Positions 7,976-15,433 of a stretch of DNA of 41,858 nt are shown piece after piece. The notes beneath the pieces are model-generated. The model was not told where the DNA came from, made no database searches, and was given only the letters and a program-made list of their open reading frames with translations. This DNA comes from a bacterium (GTDB taxonomy: Bacteria; Patescibacteriota; Minisyncoccia; Minisyncoccales; Staskawiczbacteraceae): NCBI GenBank assembly GCA_043824525.1, contig JBDRST010000028.1, forward strand, positions 1-41,858. The letters run 5' to 3'. How positions within the stretch are numbered: position 1 is the stretch's first letter; every line of letters starts with the position of its first letter. Both the position numbers and the translations under genes were made by a program.

Positions 7976-8452
7976 ATGGACCAAAGAACTTTTTACGTCA
8001 CAAAAAATAAGCTAAAGGAGCTTAAAAGAGAGTACGAAGAGTTGCTGGGTTTTGAACGCATAAAAACAATGGAACAGGAAGCCCCAAGGATTTTTGAATC
8101 AGAAGACATAAATCCGGAGTTTATCAGCTTCCAGGAAGACATAGACTTTTTGAGGTCTAGGATTGACGAGTTGAAAAATATTTTAGGACATTACGAGCTT
8201 ATTAAAAATCCACCCAAAGAAAAGCAGAATACTATTAACATAGGCGCTAAGGTTAAAATAGATGTGGGCGGACAGAAAGACGAATTTATGATTGTTGGAA
8301 CCCTTGAAGCAAACCCTGCTTTAGGAAAAATAAGTAACGAGTCGCCCGTAGGCAGAGCTCTTTTGGGGCGTAGGGTTGGGGAGCAGGTAATTGTTTCGTC
8401 CCCTATTCATACAACTTATAAAATCAAAAGCATTAAATACGAAATTAGCTAA
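7976..8452 (+). CDS. greA: Transcription elongation factor GreA
   Basis: N-terminal coiled coil and a C-terminal ISNESPVGRALLGRRVGEQV block typical of GreA. Confidence 0.85.
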   Translation: MDQRTFYVTKNKLKELKREYEELLGFERIKTMEQEAPRIFESEDINPEFISFQEDIDFLRSRIDELKNILGHYELIKNPPKEKQNTINIGAKVKIDVGGQKDEFMIVGTLEANPALGKISNESPVGRALLGRRVGEQVIVSSPIHTTYKIKSIKYEIS

Positions 8453-8496
8453 AAATAAAAAAAGCAGAATTGTTTGCTGTTTTTGCGTTAATAGCC

Positions 8497-9135
8497 ATGA
8501 AAAACCTAATTAGATTTTTTAACCGCGTTGGCGACTTAAAGGAAATGCCGAGGCGCGGTTGGGTAATAAACGACATAAAAAACCCTGAAAGCATTTCAGA
8601 CCATATATTTAGGGCCTCTTTAATGGCATGGATTTTAGGCAGCAAAAAGGGCGGACTAAAAATAGAGCGGCTTTTAAAAATGGCTCTTATTCATGATTTG
8701 TGCGAAATATATGCGGGAGACACGACCCCTTACGATTCTGTTTTGCCTAAAAATGCAAAAAAAAGAAAAGAGTTTATGAAAAAATGGCCGCGTTTTTCTA
8801 ACGTACAAAAGATAAAACTGAGCAACCAAAAACATAAGAAAGAAGAGAAGGCATTAGATAAGCTGCTTTTAGATTTGCCTGCTAATTTAAAAAAAGAGAT
8901 AAAAAATTTATGGATGGATTACGAAAAAGGGTTAACGCCAGAGGGGAGGTTTTTTAAACAGACCGACAGGTTAGAAAATTTTTTGCAGGCGACCGAATAC
9001 TGGAAAAAATATAAAAAACCCCCGCAAGGGCCGTGGTGGGAATGGGCTAGAGAATTTTTTGATGATTCTTCTTCGCTTGATTTTATTGAAGAGATGGCAA
9101 AACAATTCCATAAAAAATTTAAACCGAAGAAATAG
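8497..9135 (+). CDS. HD-domain phosphohydrolase (YfbR-like 5'-deoxynucleotidase family)
   Basis: RGW......ESISDH and LIHDLCEIYAGD motifs. The ATG at 8497 is preferred over the alternative start at 8470. Confidence 0.7.
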   Translation: MKNLIRFFNRVGDLKEMPRRGWVINDIKNPESISDHIFRASLMAWILGSKKGGLKIERLLKMALIHDLCEIYAGDTTPYDSVLPKNAKKRKEFMKKWPRFSNVQKIKLSNQKHKKEEKALDKLLLDLPANLKKEIKNLWMDYEKGLTPEGRFFKQTDRLENFLQATEYWKKYKKPPQGPWWEWAREFFDDSSSLDFIEEMAKQFHKKFKPKK

Positions 9136-9137
9136 AA

Positions 9138-9166
9138 ATCCCCGCTTCATTCGGCGGGATTTTTTG
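9138..9166 (+). terminator. Rho-independent terminator
   Basis: ATCCCCGC pairs with GCGGGAT (one bulge) and is followed by T5. Confidence 0.55.
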
Positions 9167-9204
9167 TTATACTTATTGTATAATAAGCGAATAAAATGAG
9201 CTTA

Positions 9205-9266
9205 CCCCGCCCTCTATGCTGTAAGTTTTTTTCTGAGAACACGGACATAGAGCTTAGAGGGCGGGG
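9205..9266. repeat. Family-C inverted-repeat element (CCCCGCCCTCTATGC...GCTTAGAGGGCGGGG)
   Basis: It shares termini, including the GGGGTGCTC flank, with 13693-13789. It ends 15 nt before the ATG at 9282. Confidence 0.65.
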
Positions 9267-9281
9267 TGCTCGCAAACTCGC

Positions 9282-9926
9282 ATGCCAAAAATTGTTAATA
9301 AAATCATAAAATTTATGATAGCCAGCGATTTTGTTTTAAATCTTGGCTGGGGGCTTTTGGGTCCCATATTCGCTATATTCATTGTTCAAAATATTACAAT
9401 TGGCAGTACGTCAGAAGCAGTAAAAGTCGCTGGCTTCTCCTCTCTTTTTTATTGGGTCGCAAAAGCGATATTTCAGATACCGATTGGCCGTTATCTTGAT
9501 AAGAACCACGGAGAAAAAGATGATTTTTGGTTTATGGTGATAGGGACATTTATAGCTGGTTTTATACCCTTAGGATATTTATATGCTTCTGCTCCGTGGC
9601 ACATATATTTGTTGCAAGTAGTTTATGCTTTTGGAATGTCTATGATGGTTCCTTCCTGGCTGGCGATTTTTACAAGGCACATTGATAAAGGAAAAGAAGC
9701 GTTGGAGTGGAGCATGGAAAGTACGTTTCTTGGGCTTGGAGCTGGAATAGCAGGAGGAGTAGGAGGCATTGTTGCGGCCACATTTGGTTTTGCCACAGTT
9801 TTTATTTTTGTGAGCAGTTTTACTTTTTTAGCAACAATTTTGTTGCTGTTTATTAAAGAAGATATATCTCCTAGAACCAAAGAGACAAAAGTTACGCCTG
9901 CGGTGAGGCCAGTTATAGAACCTTGA
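9282..9926 (+). CDS. Six-TM membrane protein, MFS-like half transporter
   Basis: Hydrophobic segment pattern and a GRYLDK loop after TM2, resembling the MFS motif A region. Confidence 0.5.
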   Translation: MPKIVNKIIKFMIASDFVLNLGWGLLGPIFAIFIVQNITIGSTSEAVKVAGFSSLFYWVAKAIFQIPIGRYLDKNHGEKDDFWFMVIGTFIAGFIPLGYLYASAPWHIYLLQVVYAFGMSMMVPSWLAIFTRHIDKGKEALEWSMESTFLGLGAGIAGGVGGIVAATFGFATVFIFVSSFTFLATILLLFIKEDISPRTKETKVTPAVRPVIEP

Positions 9927-10245
9927 TGACGACGGATTTTTACAGATTCCGCCAGCTGGCGGATAACGGATTTTCACAGATCACTCCTACGCTCCTACGC
10001 GTAGGAGCGTAGGAGTGGCGTCGTTGCTATCCAGCAGGCGAAGCAATCTCCGTTCCGTGTCATTCCTGCGCTTTGCCATCCCGCAGCTTTAGCGGAAGAT
10101 GGAAAGCGGGAATTTATAAGACATTAATTCATACTTTTCAATCGATTTTTGATGAAAATAAAAAGCAAGGAAAATTTTTCTGCGTAGATCCGCGTTATGT
10201 TCAGCGTGTTTCCGCTTCTACAAATATGAAAAATCAGGAATTAGC
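9927..10245. repeat. Mosaic of several unrelated short palindromes, including a 34-nt perfect palindrome at 9983-10016
   Basis: Components: ACGGATTTT(T)ACAGAT x2, CCGCCAGCTGGCGG, ACTCCTACGCTCCTACG|CGTAGGAGCGTAGGAGT, and a CCTGCGCTTTGCCATCCCGCAGCTTTAGCGG...GGAAAGCGGGA unit. Confidence 0.6.
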
Positions 10246-10328
10246 CCCCGGTAGTAGAAATTTTACAGCCCGCAAACTTTTTTGCGAAAAAGTTCTCGGT
10301 TTCTAAAAAGTCAAATTTCACTACGGGG
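10246..10328. repeat. Family-B element with imperfect terminal inverted repeats, ending 14 nt before the polX ATG
   Basis: CCCCGGTAGTAGAAATTTTAC faces GTCAAATTTCACTACGGGG. There is an inner hairpin CGCAAA-CTTT-TTTGCG. Confidence 0.6.
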
Positions 10329-10342
10329 CAAGGAAAATTTTT

Positions 10343-12130
10343 ATGAGAAATAGAGAATTGGCAAAGATATTCAACGATATGGCTAGATTTTTAAGAATAG
10401 AGGGGGTGGCTTTTAAACCCTATGCTTATGAAAGGGCTGCTATATCTTTGGAAACCTTAAGTGAGGACGTGGGAGATATGTATAGAAGGGGCGGAGTAAA
10501 AGCTTTGTTAGAAATTCCCGGTATTGGCAAAGCTATGGCTGACCACATAGAAGAATATTTGAAAACAGGAAAAATAAAACATTACGAAAGCTTTAAGAAG
10601 AAATTGCCGATTGATTTTGATGGATTAGTTAGGGTGGAAGGCATGGGAGCCAAAAAAGCAAAAGTTCTTTACCAAAAATTAGGGGTTAAAAATTTAAAGG
10701 ATTTAGAAAAAGTTGCCAAAGCTCACAAAATAGCTCCCCTATTTGGGTTTGGAGAAAAAACAGAAAAAAATATTTTGCAGGGTTTAGAATTTTTAAAACG
10801 GGATAAAGGAAGATTTTTGCTGGGACAAATTTTACCAACAGCAAGAAAAGTTGTAGAAAAATTAAAAACTTTAAAAGAGGTTGAAGAGATTAGTTTGGCA
10901 GGATCAGTAAGAAGAAGAAAAGAAACGATAGGAGATGTGGATATTTTGGTTGTTTCAAAGAAACCGGGGAAAGTTATGGATTTTTTTGTTAAGCTAGACG
11001 GGGTGGAAAAAGTTTGGGGTAAAGGCGGAACAAAGGCATCGATAAGGATGAGGGAAGGTTTTGATGTTGATTTGAGGGTTGTGCCAAATGAGAGCTATGG
11101 TTCTGCTTTGCAATATTTTACGGGAAACAAAGACCATAATGTGGCTACAAGGCGTATTGCTATAGATAAGGGGCTAAAGCTTTCAGAGTACGGAGTATTC
11201 AGAGGCATAAAATCCCGATCGCAAAGCGATCGAGGATCCTCGATAAAATCGGGACAAATTGCAGGCAGAACAGAAGAAGATGTTTATAAGGCAATTGGGC
11301 TTCCATGGATTGCGCCTGAATTGAGAGAAAACGAAGGAGAAATTGAAGTTGCTTTGAATGGGAAACTGCCAAAATTAATTGAACAAAAGGATATTAAGGG
11401 CGACTTGCATTGCCATTCAAATTGGGACGGAGGAAAAAATTCAATTGAGCAAATGGCATCGTCAGCAATAGATATGGGATATGAATATATTGGAATTTCT
11501 GACCACACAAAATTTTTAAGAATTGAGAATGGATTAAACGAAAAACAGTTATTAGACCAACATAAAGAAATAGAAAAATTAAATTCAAAATTCAAAAGAA
11601 CCCTACGGGGAGCAAGCAATCAAAATTCAAAATTCAGGATCCTGCATGGTTGCGAAACAAATATTTTAAATGACGGTTCAGTTGATATTAAAGACGAAGT
11701 TCTAAAGAAATTAGATTATGTGATTGCGGGCGCCCATTCTTCTTTAAAAATGCCAAAAAAAGAAATGACACAAAGGTTGCTAAAAGCAATGAAAAATCCT
11801 AATATTGATATAATTTCCCACCCAACAGGGCGCTTGATTGGCAGAAGAGATGAATACCAATTAGATTTTGACAAAGTTTTAGAAGTTGCGAAACAGACCG
11901 GAACAATTTTAGAAATTAATTCTTCGCCAGAAAGATTAGATTTAAGGGACATATATATAAGAAGGGCAAAAGCGCAGGGCGTAAAAATGATAATAAATAC
12001 AGACAGCCATCAAAAAGAACAATTAAACTTGATGGAGTACGGCGTCTCAATAGCAAGACGAGGTTGGGCTGAGAAAAATGACATTGTTAATACGTTATCT
12101 GTCGAAAATTTGATGAAACACTTTAAATAA
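10343..12130 (+). CDS. polX: Family X DNA polymerase with C-terminal PHP domain (PolX)
   Basis: HhH motifs (IPGIGKAMA), GSVRRRKETIGDVDILV catalytic aspartates and a PHP block DLHCHSNWDGG. Carries two in-frame repeat insertions. Confidence 0.85.
   Translation: MRNRELAKIFNDMARFLRIEGVAFKPYAYERAAISLETLSEDVGDMYRRGGVKALLEIPGIGKAMADHIEEYLKTGKIKHYESFKKKLPIDFDGLVRVEGMGAKKAKVLYQKLGVKNLKDLEKVAKAHKIAPLFGFGEKTEKNILQGLEFLKRDKGRFLLGQILPTARKVVEKLKTLKEVEEISLAGSVRRRKETIGDVDILVVSKKPGKVMDFFVKLDGVEKVWGKGGTKASIRMREGFDVDLRVVPNESYGSALQYFTGNKDHNVATRRIAIDKGLKLSEYGVFRGIKSRSQSDRGSSIKSGQIAGRTEEDVYKAIGLPWIAPELRENEGEIEVALNGKLPKLIEQKDIKGDLHCHSNWDGGKNSIEQMASSAIDMGYEYIGISDHTKFLRIENGLNEKQLLDQHKEIEKLNSKFKRTLRGASNQNSKFRILHGCETNILNDGSVDIKDEVLKKLDYVIAGAHSSLKMPKKEMTQRLLKAMKNPNIDIISHPTGRLIGRRDEYQLDFDKVLEVAKQTGTILEINSSPERLDLRDIYIRRAKAQGVKMIINTDSHQKEQLNLMEYGVSIARRGWAEKNDIVNTLSVENLMKHFK
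11213..11255. repeat. Family-A short-form element in frame in polX
   Basis: TCCCGATCGCAAAGCGATCGAGGATCCTCGATAAAATCGGGAC encodes SRSQSDRGSSIKSG. Confidence 0.7.
11581..11638. repeat. GC core GAACCCTACGGGGAGCAAGC flanked by AAATTCAAAATTCA direct repeats, in frame in the polX PHP domain
   Basis: A 14-nt direct repeat lies on both sides. The region encodes NSKFKRTLRGASNQNSKF. Confidence 0.5.
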
Positions 12131-12131
12131 T

Positions 12132-12653
12132 ATGATTGGTTTAAAAAAGGGGACTGTAAAATTATCTAAAAATAACCCAGCATGGGAAAAAAGTTTTGAA
12201 GTAGAAAAGAAGAAGTTATTTAAAATTTTTGGTTCTGATGCTGTTACTATCCAACATGTTGGCAGTACGGTGCTTACAACTATTTTTGCGAAACCTATAA
12301 TTGATATAGGAGTGATTATTGCGTCATTTGATAAAGCCAAGCAACGCGCCGTCGCGTTAAAAGAAATTGGTTATATTTTTAAGGAAGAAAATCGAACCGA
12401 TAGATTATTTTTTACTAAGGGACCAGAAAACAAACGCACCCATTATCTACATGTTGGTGAGGCAGGTAGCGGTTATATTGAAAATATGGTTATATTTAGA
12501 GATTACCTCAAAAAACATAAAGACATAGCAAAAGAATATGAGATATTGAAGAAAAAATTGGCAGATTTATATAGTGAAGATAGGTATACATATACTTCTA
12601 AAAAAGAAAAATTTATATTAAGCGTGATAAAAAAAGCTAAAAATAATTTTTAA
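12132..12653 (+). CDS. GrpB/UPF0157 family protein
   Basis: IQHVGSTVL...AKPIIDI and R....F.....THHLHV-like blocks (RTHYLHV). Confidence 0.65.
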   Translation: MIGLKKGTVKLSKNNPAWEKSFEVEKKKLFKIFGSDAVTIQHVGSTVLTTIFAKPIIDIGVIIASFDKAKQRAVALKEIGYIFKEENRTDRLFFTKGPENKRTHYLHVGEAGSGYIENMVIFRDYLKKHKDIAKEYEILKKKLADLYSEDRYTYTSKKEKFILSVIKKAKNNF

Positions 12654-12752
12654 TTTTATTTAATTCCGCAGAATTACAGCGAGTGTAATCGAGTGGTTAT
12701 AATTGTCATTTTGCATTTTGCTTTTTCCATTTTGCATTTGACCAAAGGGAAC

Positions 12753-13250
12753 GTGCCAAGAGAAAAATCAGCAGGAGCTATAATTTTTAGAGAAGAGCCA
12801 TTTGATAAGGCTCAAGGCAAAGAAGGTAAAAGATATTACCTTCTTTTGCATTACTCGCCATCTGAGCCGGGAAGGAGAGGGCACTGGGAGTTTTCAAAGG
12901 GGCACGTTGAGCAAGGTGAAAGCGAGGAGCAAACAGTAAAAAGAGAGGTTAAAGAAGAAACCGGAATAAGCAATTTAAAAATAATCTCGGGGTTTGAAGA
13001 ACGTGTGAAATATTTTTTTAGAAAGGTTTACGGGTTGAAAGGAGAGGCGAGAAAAAAAGCGCCGTGGGTTTTTAAATCAGTTGTTTTCTATTTGGCAAAA
13101 ACAAATACAAAAAAAATAAAACTTTCTGAGGAGCATGCTAATTTTGCGTGGCTATCATACGAAGAGGCGTTTAAAAAAATAACATATAAAAACTCTAAAG
13201 AACTGTTAAAAAAAGCAAATAGTTTTTTGTCAGAAATTCAAACTTGCTAA
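12753..13250 (+). CDS. NUDIX hydrolase, Ap4A-hydrolase-like
   Basis: SAGAIIF...GHWEFSKGHVEQGESEEQTVKREVKEETGI Nudix box. The GTG at 12753 is preferred because the track N-terminus (from 12693) is repeat-derived (CATTTTGCATTT units). Confidence 0.7.
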   Translation: MPREKSAGAIIFREEPFDKAQGKEGKRYYLLLHYSPSEPGRRGHWEFSKGHVEQGESEEQTVKREVKEETGISNLKIISGFEERVKYFFRKVYGLKGEARKKAPWVFKSVVFYLAKTNTKKIKLSEEHANFAWLSYEEAFKKITYKNSKELLKKANSFLSEIQTC

Positions 13251-13283
13251 AAAATTATTGCTCCATATATTTCTATTATTATA

Positions 13284-13323
13284 TAAAAAAACCGCCTCCC
13301 TAGAGGAAAGCGGTTCTTTTTTT
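13284..13323. terminator. Bidirectional intrinsic terminator between convergent genes
   Basis: A7 - AACCGCCTC..GAGG..GCGGTT - T8. Confidence 0.6.
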
Positions 13324-13329
13324 GATTTA

Positions 13330-13677
13330 TTATCCTTTTACCTCTTCAACAATTTTTATAAATATTTTTGGGTGTTCTTTTGCTAATTCAGACAATACCT
13401 TTCTGTCTAATTCTATTTTTTTCTTTTTTAGTCCGTTGATTAGTCTGCTGTATGTTATCCCGTTTTCTCTTGCTAATGCGTTTATTTGCAGGTTCCACAG
13501 ATTCCTAAAAGTTCTCTTTTTTACTTTTCTGTCTCGGTATGCATAAGTCCAGGCATGCCTAAGCGCCTCCTTGGCTAATTTAAATTTTGATTTTCTTCCG
13601 TACTTAAAACCCTTGGCATGTTTCATTAAATGCTTTCTATGCTTTCTGGCTTGTACGGCTCTTTTTATTCTGCTCAT
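13330..13677 (-). CDS. rplT: 50S ribosomal protein L20
   Basis: MSRIKRAVQARKHRKHLMKHAKGFKYGR...AYRDRKVKKRTFRNLW is the canonical L20 N-terminus. Confidence 0.9.
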   Translation of the reverse strand: MSRIKRAVQARKHRKHLMKHAKGFKYGRKSKFKLAKEALRHAWTYAYRDRKVKKRTFRNLWNLQINALARENGITYSRLINGLKKKKIELDRKVLSELAKEHPKIFIKIVEEVKG

Positions 13678-13692
13678 ACGAAGTAATGAGCA

Positions 13693-13789
13693 CCCCGCCC
13701 TCTAAGCCGATTGTTTAAAGGTAGGGTGAACAATTTTACCTTATAATTTAATATTTCCCCTGCCCGGATATTTAGCATAGAGGGCGGGG
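13693..13789. repeat. Family-C inverted-repeat element between rpmI and rplT
   Basis: CCCCGCCCTCTAAGC...GCATAGAGGGCGGGG. It is reverse-oriented relative to the 9205 copy, so both face their downstream gene the same way. Confidence 0.65.
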
Positions 13790-13796
13790 TTTTCGC

Positions 13797-13985
13797 TTAA
13801 AAGCTCAAATATTTTTTAAGTCTTTTTGTTTCTCCTTTGGAAAGATGAACCCATTTTCTACCCTTTCTTTTTCTTTCCCCAGTTTTTTTGGCTCTGTAAT
13901 GATTTTGTCCGGACAGCCTTCTCAGTATTTTTCCGTTTCTGGTTATTTTGAACCGTTTTGTTATGGCTTTTTTTGTTTTGTTCAC
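13797..13985 (-). CDS. rpmI: 50S ribosomal protein L35 (GTG start)
   Basis: (M)NKTKKAITKRFKITRNGKILRR matches the L35 signature. An in-frame TGA two codons upstream forces the GTG start at 13985. Confidence 0.85.
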   Translation of the reverse strand: MNKTKKAITKRFKITRNGKILRRLSGQNHYRAKKTGERKRKGRKWVHLSKGETKRLKKYLSF

Positions 13986-14081
13986 TCTTCACCCAAACGA
14001 GTTTATAATTTTATTCTGTATAAATCTTCACTCATCGGGAACAAATTTTATTTACTCCTCACATTCCTTTGGGTGAAGAGT
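13984..14081. repeat. Family-K inverted-repeat element filling the infC-rpmI spacer
   Basis: ACTCTTCACCCAAA (13984-13997) pairs with TTTGGGTGAAGAGT (14068-14081). One arm contains the rpmI start codon. Confidence 0.6.
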
Positions 14082-14089
14082 TCATAATA

Positions 14090-14596
14090 TTAAGCTTTAG
14101 AAACTATCATTGTGAATCCTCTGGGCTCACGCTTTAGCTCTCTTTCTGTTTTGATTGGTATTGTTGAATTTAAGTTATCTAAAAATTTTTGCACCTTTTC
14201 TCTGGCAAAATGTCCCATTGCCTTTTCTCTTCCTCTTAGCGACATGTTTATTTTTACCTTATCGCCCTCTTTCAAAAATTTTTCTGCTTGCTTGGCGCGG
14301 GTTTCCATGTCGTGAGGTGAAATATTAAAAGTTAATCTTATCTCTTTTAATTCTCCTCCTCTGGGCTTAGACGCTTTTTTCTCTTTTTTTTGAAGAGTAT
14401 AAAGGTATTTTCCGTAATTAGCAATTCTGCAAACTGGCGGCTCAACTTTTTCTGTAACTTGAATTAAATCCAGCCCCTTTGATTTTGCTAAGTCAATTGC
14501 ATTAAATACATTCATTATTCCAAGCTGCTCGCCTGTTTCTGAAATTACCCTTACTTCTTTTGCCCGTATAAAATTGTTGATTAGTACCTTATTCAA
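14090..14596 (-). CDS. infC: Translation initiation factor IF-3 (non-ATG start)
   Basis: INNFIRAKEVRVISETGEQLG...ALDLAKSKGLDLIQV...C-terminal domain. The exact start codon is uncertain (TTG at 14596, or an ATC/ATT a few codons in), as is usual for infC. Confidence 0.85.
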   Translation of the reverse strand: MNKVLINNFIRAKEVRVISETGEQLGIMNVFNAIDLAKSKGLDLIQVTEKVEPPVCRIANYGKYLYTLQKKEKKASKPRGGELKEIRLTFNISPHDMETRAKQAEKFLKEGDKVKINMSLRGREKAMGHFAREKVQKFLDNLNSTIPIKTERELKREPRGFTMIVSKA

Positions 14597-14613
14597 AAAA
14601 ATTTAATTAATTA

Positions 14614-15079
14614 TTATATCCAATCGTGTACTCTTTTTCTTTGTGTCGGATTTATGGCGAAAAACCTTTTTGTAAAATTTATTTTTTTATTAAGCATTTC
14701 TTTCGAGTATTTACCATTTCTGGGTGTTAATTTTGCATGTTCTTTAAGTATTAATTTTGTTCTTTCTTTTTTGTAAGTATGAAGATATGGTAATATTTGT
14801 TATTTGTTCTAAAAAAGGCAAAGCTTCCCGGCAAACAATTCTGTAAGTAAAGGTTGGAGTGTGCTTTATATTATATATTTTTTTCGGCAATATCTTTCCC
14901 GCGCCTACTGCTTTTAAAACCCATTCAAGCATTTTTTTGTCAGAATTGTTTATTGAAATATCCACGCGCCTATATTCATATCTGTTTTTACGACATAAAG
15001 TTACAGATCCCTCACCATCGATTAGGGCTGCTATATAGGCCGCATCCACAGGTTTTAATTTTTTAACTTTCTTTTTCAT
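14614..15079 (-). pseudogene. LAGLIDADG homing endonuclease (single-motif, I-CreI-like size) interrupted by one frameshift
   Basis: The track ORF 14744-15079 has YIAALIDGEGS. A second frame continues from about 14795 as LPYLHTYKKERTKLILKEHAKLTPRNGKYSKEMLNKKINF...HDWI* to 14614. Joined, the two give about 155 aa. Confidence 0.6.
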
Positions 15080-15086
15080 TATTTAG

Positions 15087-15430
15087 TGGAGATGGAGGAG
15101 GCGAATCCTCGTCTGAAAAGTTTATTAAAATAATTCTACAAGTTTAGTTAATTTTTGTGTTCGAGCATTAAATAAAAAATTAACAAAATTTTTAATGCCT
15201 TATCTCCTTAATTTCGACAGCTTAGTGGAGAAATAAACTATCTATCCTAATAGTATAACACCTCCATTCATCTATTAGGAATCAATGGTGAAGATGCAGC
15301 ATTAAGCGTATGCTAGTGCTGGTTGCTTATTAAATAAATTAGCAATTATGTTTTTTCTTAGAGATTTATGAGCTTAAGACCGCTCAACTTGCCTTACTTT
15401 AAAGAACTAATCATCGAAACAATCATCCCC
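15087..15430 (-). ncRNA. ssrA: tmRNA (SsrA)
   Basis: 5' end GGGGAUGAUUGUUUCGAUGA. 3' end GACGAGGAUUCGCCUCCUCCAUCUCCA. The acceptor stem GGGGAUG/CAUCUCC includes G3-U70, and the discriminator is A. Tag ORF GCU AAU UUA UUU AAU AAG CAA CCA GCA CUA GCA UAC GCU UAA = ANLFNKQPALAYA*. It lies directly after smpB. Confidence 0.85.
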
Positions 15431-15433
15431 ATG

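Noticed and set aside
10073-10306. The 77-aa track ORF.
   Set aside because: It is composed entirely of stacked palindromic repeat units, with no SD.
7812-10328. The recurring GTCAAATTTCACTAC-type repeats looked at first like CRISPR repeats.
   Set aside because: The copies are in mixed orientation, irregularly spaced, few in number and partly self-complementary hairpins, and no cas genes are present. They are better described as a MITE/REP-like family.
13984-14081. The long-range stem between infC and rpmI could be a dedicated L20 translational operator or leader.
   Set aside because: The same inverted-repeat element occurs at 4595-4688 in an unrelated context, so it is a mobile repeat. It may still couple rpmI translation (reported as a finding), but I cannot claim an L20-binding site.
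15080-15433. A group I intron interrupting the tmRNA, given the adjacent LAGLIDADG gene and the odd T-loop.
   Set aside because: The tmRNA 5' and 3' acceptor halves, T-arm and tag frame are contiguous and complete without the endonuclease gene, which lies entirely 3' of the discriminator base.
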